Assembly (NCBI GenBank): GCA_964455265.1
Contig: CAYVVI010000001.1
Location: 4,593-68,592 of the forward strand
Source: an uncultured Flavobacteriales bacterium
GTDB lineage: Bacteria; Bacteroidota; Bacteroidia; Flavobacteriales_D; Parvicellaceae
Length of the DNA: 64,000 nucleotides
Direction: 5' to 3'
Shown: piece after piece, positions 62,593 to 64,000 of the stretch
Layout: the number at the start of each line of letters is the position of its first letter
How positions within the stretch are numbered: the stretch's first letter is position 1
Position numbers and translations under genes: made by a program
Notes under the pieces: model-generated
Database searches by the model: none
Told to the model about the DNA's origin: nothing
Seen by the model: the letters and a program-made list of their open reading frames with translations, nothing else

Positions 62593-63081
62593 ATGAATAC
62601 AATAAAATTACTGTTATTCGGAAGAGCCAACAAAATAATGGAGTTAGATATTAACACAGGGAAAATAAAATTTACCGATGTATATTCCAGTGAAGAAGAA
62701 GAGTTGGAATATCACACTAAATCTTTCAAAGAAAATAAAGAAAATAAGTTCAAAAGTACAAATGGTTTTTACTCCATAGGGGTAAATGGCGATTATCTCG
62801 GTTTTTATATTGATATTGAAAATAATAACCCAAAAATATTATACCAAAATACGACAATTGACTTTTTAGATGGAGAATTTAAATGTTATCAACTTAACGA
62901 AAAAGAAGGGGTATTTGAATGTGTTAGACCCTACAACTTTAAGTGGGTATATGAGTCATTTTTTCGTGGCCCATTCGATGATGCAGATGAAGATGTCAAT
63001 TTTGGATTATGGATAATGTTGCTTTACAAAGATAAAGATATACTGGCGAGGGTCATAAAGCATCATAGTCGAAAGCTTTGA
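62593..63081 (+). CDS. small cytosolic protein (candidate immunity protein)
   Basis: 162 aa from ATG 62593, 2 nt after the upstream stop. No signal peptide. Confidence 0.5.
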   Translation: MNTIKLLLFGRANKIMELDINTGKIKFTDVYSSEEEELEYHTKSFKENKENKFKSTNGFYSIGVNGDYLGFYIDIENNNPKILYQNTTIDFLDGEFKCYQLNEKEGVFECVRPYNFKWVYESFFRGPFDDADEDVNFGLWIMLLYKDKDILARVIKHHSRKL

Positions 63082-63104
63082 TTATTACAATAAAAACAAA
63101 AAAT

Positions 63105-63212
63105 TATGAATATAATTCAGATAGCGGAGCAATTTGGATAATTGCTTATCCTATTACTGCTTTTGTATTATTTTTAACAGCAACATTATTAGACTATATT
63201 AAAAACAAGTAA
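63105..63212 (+). pseudogene. 3' fragment of a membrane immunity gene (paralog of the end of 56285-56722)
   Basis: Encodes YEYNSDSGAIWIIAYPITAFVLFLTATLLDYIKNK-stop, compared with YEYNSDSGAIWIVVYPITVCVLLLIAALLDYIKNKK-stop at 56611-56722. It has no start codon and no N-terminal part. Confidence 0.65.
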
Positions 63213-63219
63213 TATATCA

Positions 63220-64000
63220 ATGTTCGAGCGCCTACATAGACCCATAAAAAAAGAAGAACCCGCTAGAAGAAGCGAGAACGAGAGTGCTATGCAGGAAAAT
63301 GAAACGGAATCAACGCAATCCGATTTAACCTCCTCTAACGATTACAGCCTTCTTGATGCCTTCCCTAATGGAGTATTTGGAGATAGAAAAAAAGTTGATA
63401 ATGTCTTTACCCGACTTAGAGGACATACCATTAACCCCGATGACTTCCCTAATGGAATGCTTACAAGAAATAATGTAGATACACCTAAGCAACAGGAAGA
63501 TTTAACAGAAACCTCAGAGCAAGCCATTGTTAACAACACAGGCAGCAGCACAAAACTAGAGCTAGAGTTTAATGCCTTTATACCTAACAACTTAAATACT
63601 CAAGCTTCTCCACCACTTCACCATAAATTTTTAACAGAAATCGCTATTGATATCTTTGATTTTATAAAAACAAAAGGAGGATCTGCAACTGGCGCACTAT
63701 TGGTAATAGCCCAAGCAAGTTTAGAGTCAGGTTATGGACAAGCTGCTATTAAGTTTAATGACTATAATTTGTTTGGAGTAATGACACTTGGATCTGACTA
63801 TAAACGAACTACTTCTCACGGCAAGGTTAAGGATTACTCAAATGCAGGAAAGTATAAAGGGGCTATAGAAGACTTTTATAATAAAATTGTTAAAACATGG
63901 CCGAATTATGCTGAGCTACTAAAGAAAACATCATTTACAGCAGACGATATTGATAAAGCTCTTTATACTGGGAAGTATATTGAATGGAAAGAGGAAAGAA
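63220..64000 (+). CDS. leader-bearing cargo candidate: leader + GH73 N-acetylglucosaminidase (3'-truncated by window edge)
   Basis: Translated by hand; it is not in the track because it runs off the window. The product begins MFERLHRPIKKEEPARRSENESAMQENETESTQSDL...FPNGVFGD...FPNGMLT. The glucosaminidase core is ALLVIAQASLESGYGQAAIKFNDYNLFGV. Confidence 0.75.
   Translation, partial: MFERLHRPIKKEEPARRSENESAMQENETESTQSDLTSSNDYSLLDAFPNGVFGDRKKVDNVFTRLRGHTINPDDFPNGMLTRNNVDTPKQQEDLTETSEQAIVNNTGSSTKLELEFNAFIPNNLNTQASPPLHHKFLTEIAIDIFDFIKTKGGSATGALLVIAQASLESGYGQAAIKFNDYNLFGVMTLGSDYKRTTSHGKVKDYSNAGKYKGAIEDFYNKIVKTWPNYAELLKKTSFTADDIDKALYTGKYIEWKEER

Noticed and set aside
1-64000. Search by eye for CRISPR arrays, rRNA and tRNA genes, transposase/IS elements and DGR/retron-type reverse transcriptases.
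   Set aside because: I saw no regularly spaced short direct repeats, no rRNA-like or cloverleaf-like conserved segments, and no transposase or RT motifs. A tRNAscan/Infernal/ISfinder run would be needed to exclude small or degenerate elements.

Overview
Visibly AT-rich sequence with Bacteroidota features: TTTG-type promoter boxes, lipoprotein signal peptides, and tightly packed or overlapping operons. It is probably from a Flavobacteriia-like genome. I found no rRNA, tRNA or CRISPR array. The window has three parts. (1) Bases 1-13400 are an accessory, mobile-element/defence-type island. It holds a 5'-truncated HEPN-like ORF, an ImmA/IrrE + XRE pair, an LRAT/NlpC-P60 'NC-domain' protein, a large HEXXH protein, a C5 DNA methyltransferase next to a ParB-like nuclease-domain protein, a serine recombinase with striking upstream palindromes, a GmrSD-like (DUF262/DUF1524) type IV restriction enzyme, and a membrane-anchored mini-HEPN pair. 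(2) Bases 13600-20400 hold a TPR-sensor histidine kinase with a LuxR/NarL response regulator, small Cys-rich or Gly-rich secreted proteins, and an uncharacterised five-gene operon containing a papain-fold (NlpC/P60-like) protein. (3) Bases 20500-64000 (the locus continues past the window end) are a large Afp/PVC-like extracellular contractile injection system (eCIS) locus. Its + strand operon encodes a DUF4255 cap, two sheath paralogs, two tube paralogs, a LysM tube-initiator, a VgrG-like spike, PAAR, gp25, and gp6-like and gp7-like baseplate giants. An Afp15-like AAA+ ATPase lies on the opposite arm. The main finding is what surrounds this core. At least seven proteins plus one 45-aa mini-ORF share a charged, non-Sec N-terminal leader (MRERLHRPxRQEEPAxRSEN ... 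FPNGxFG). This leader is fused to different C-terminal toxin domains: GH24 lysozyme, GH73 glucosaminidase, LysM, PG_binding_1, a papain-like protease, a PD-(D/E)xK nuclease, and several unknown domains. Most of these proteins are followed by small lipoprotein, membrane or cytosolic ORFs arranged like immunity genes. A 20-bp palindromic motif (ACGGTCATAAAATGACAGTG) sits in front of five transcription units of the locus. One of those units is an M15 peptidase - small TM proteins - patatin operon that looks like a lysis/release cassette. Duplication scars, orphan toxin/immunity fragments and a gene-converted sheath pair point to active cassette shuffling. All functional calls come from motif recognition by eye; no database search was run.
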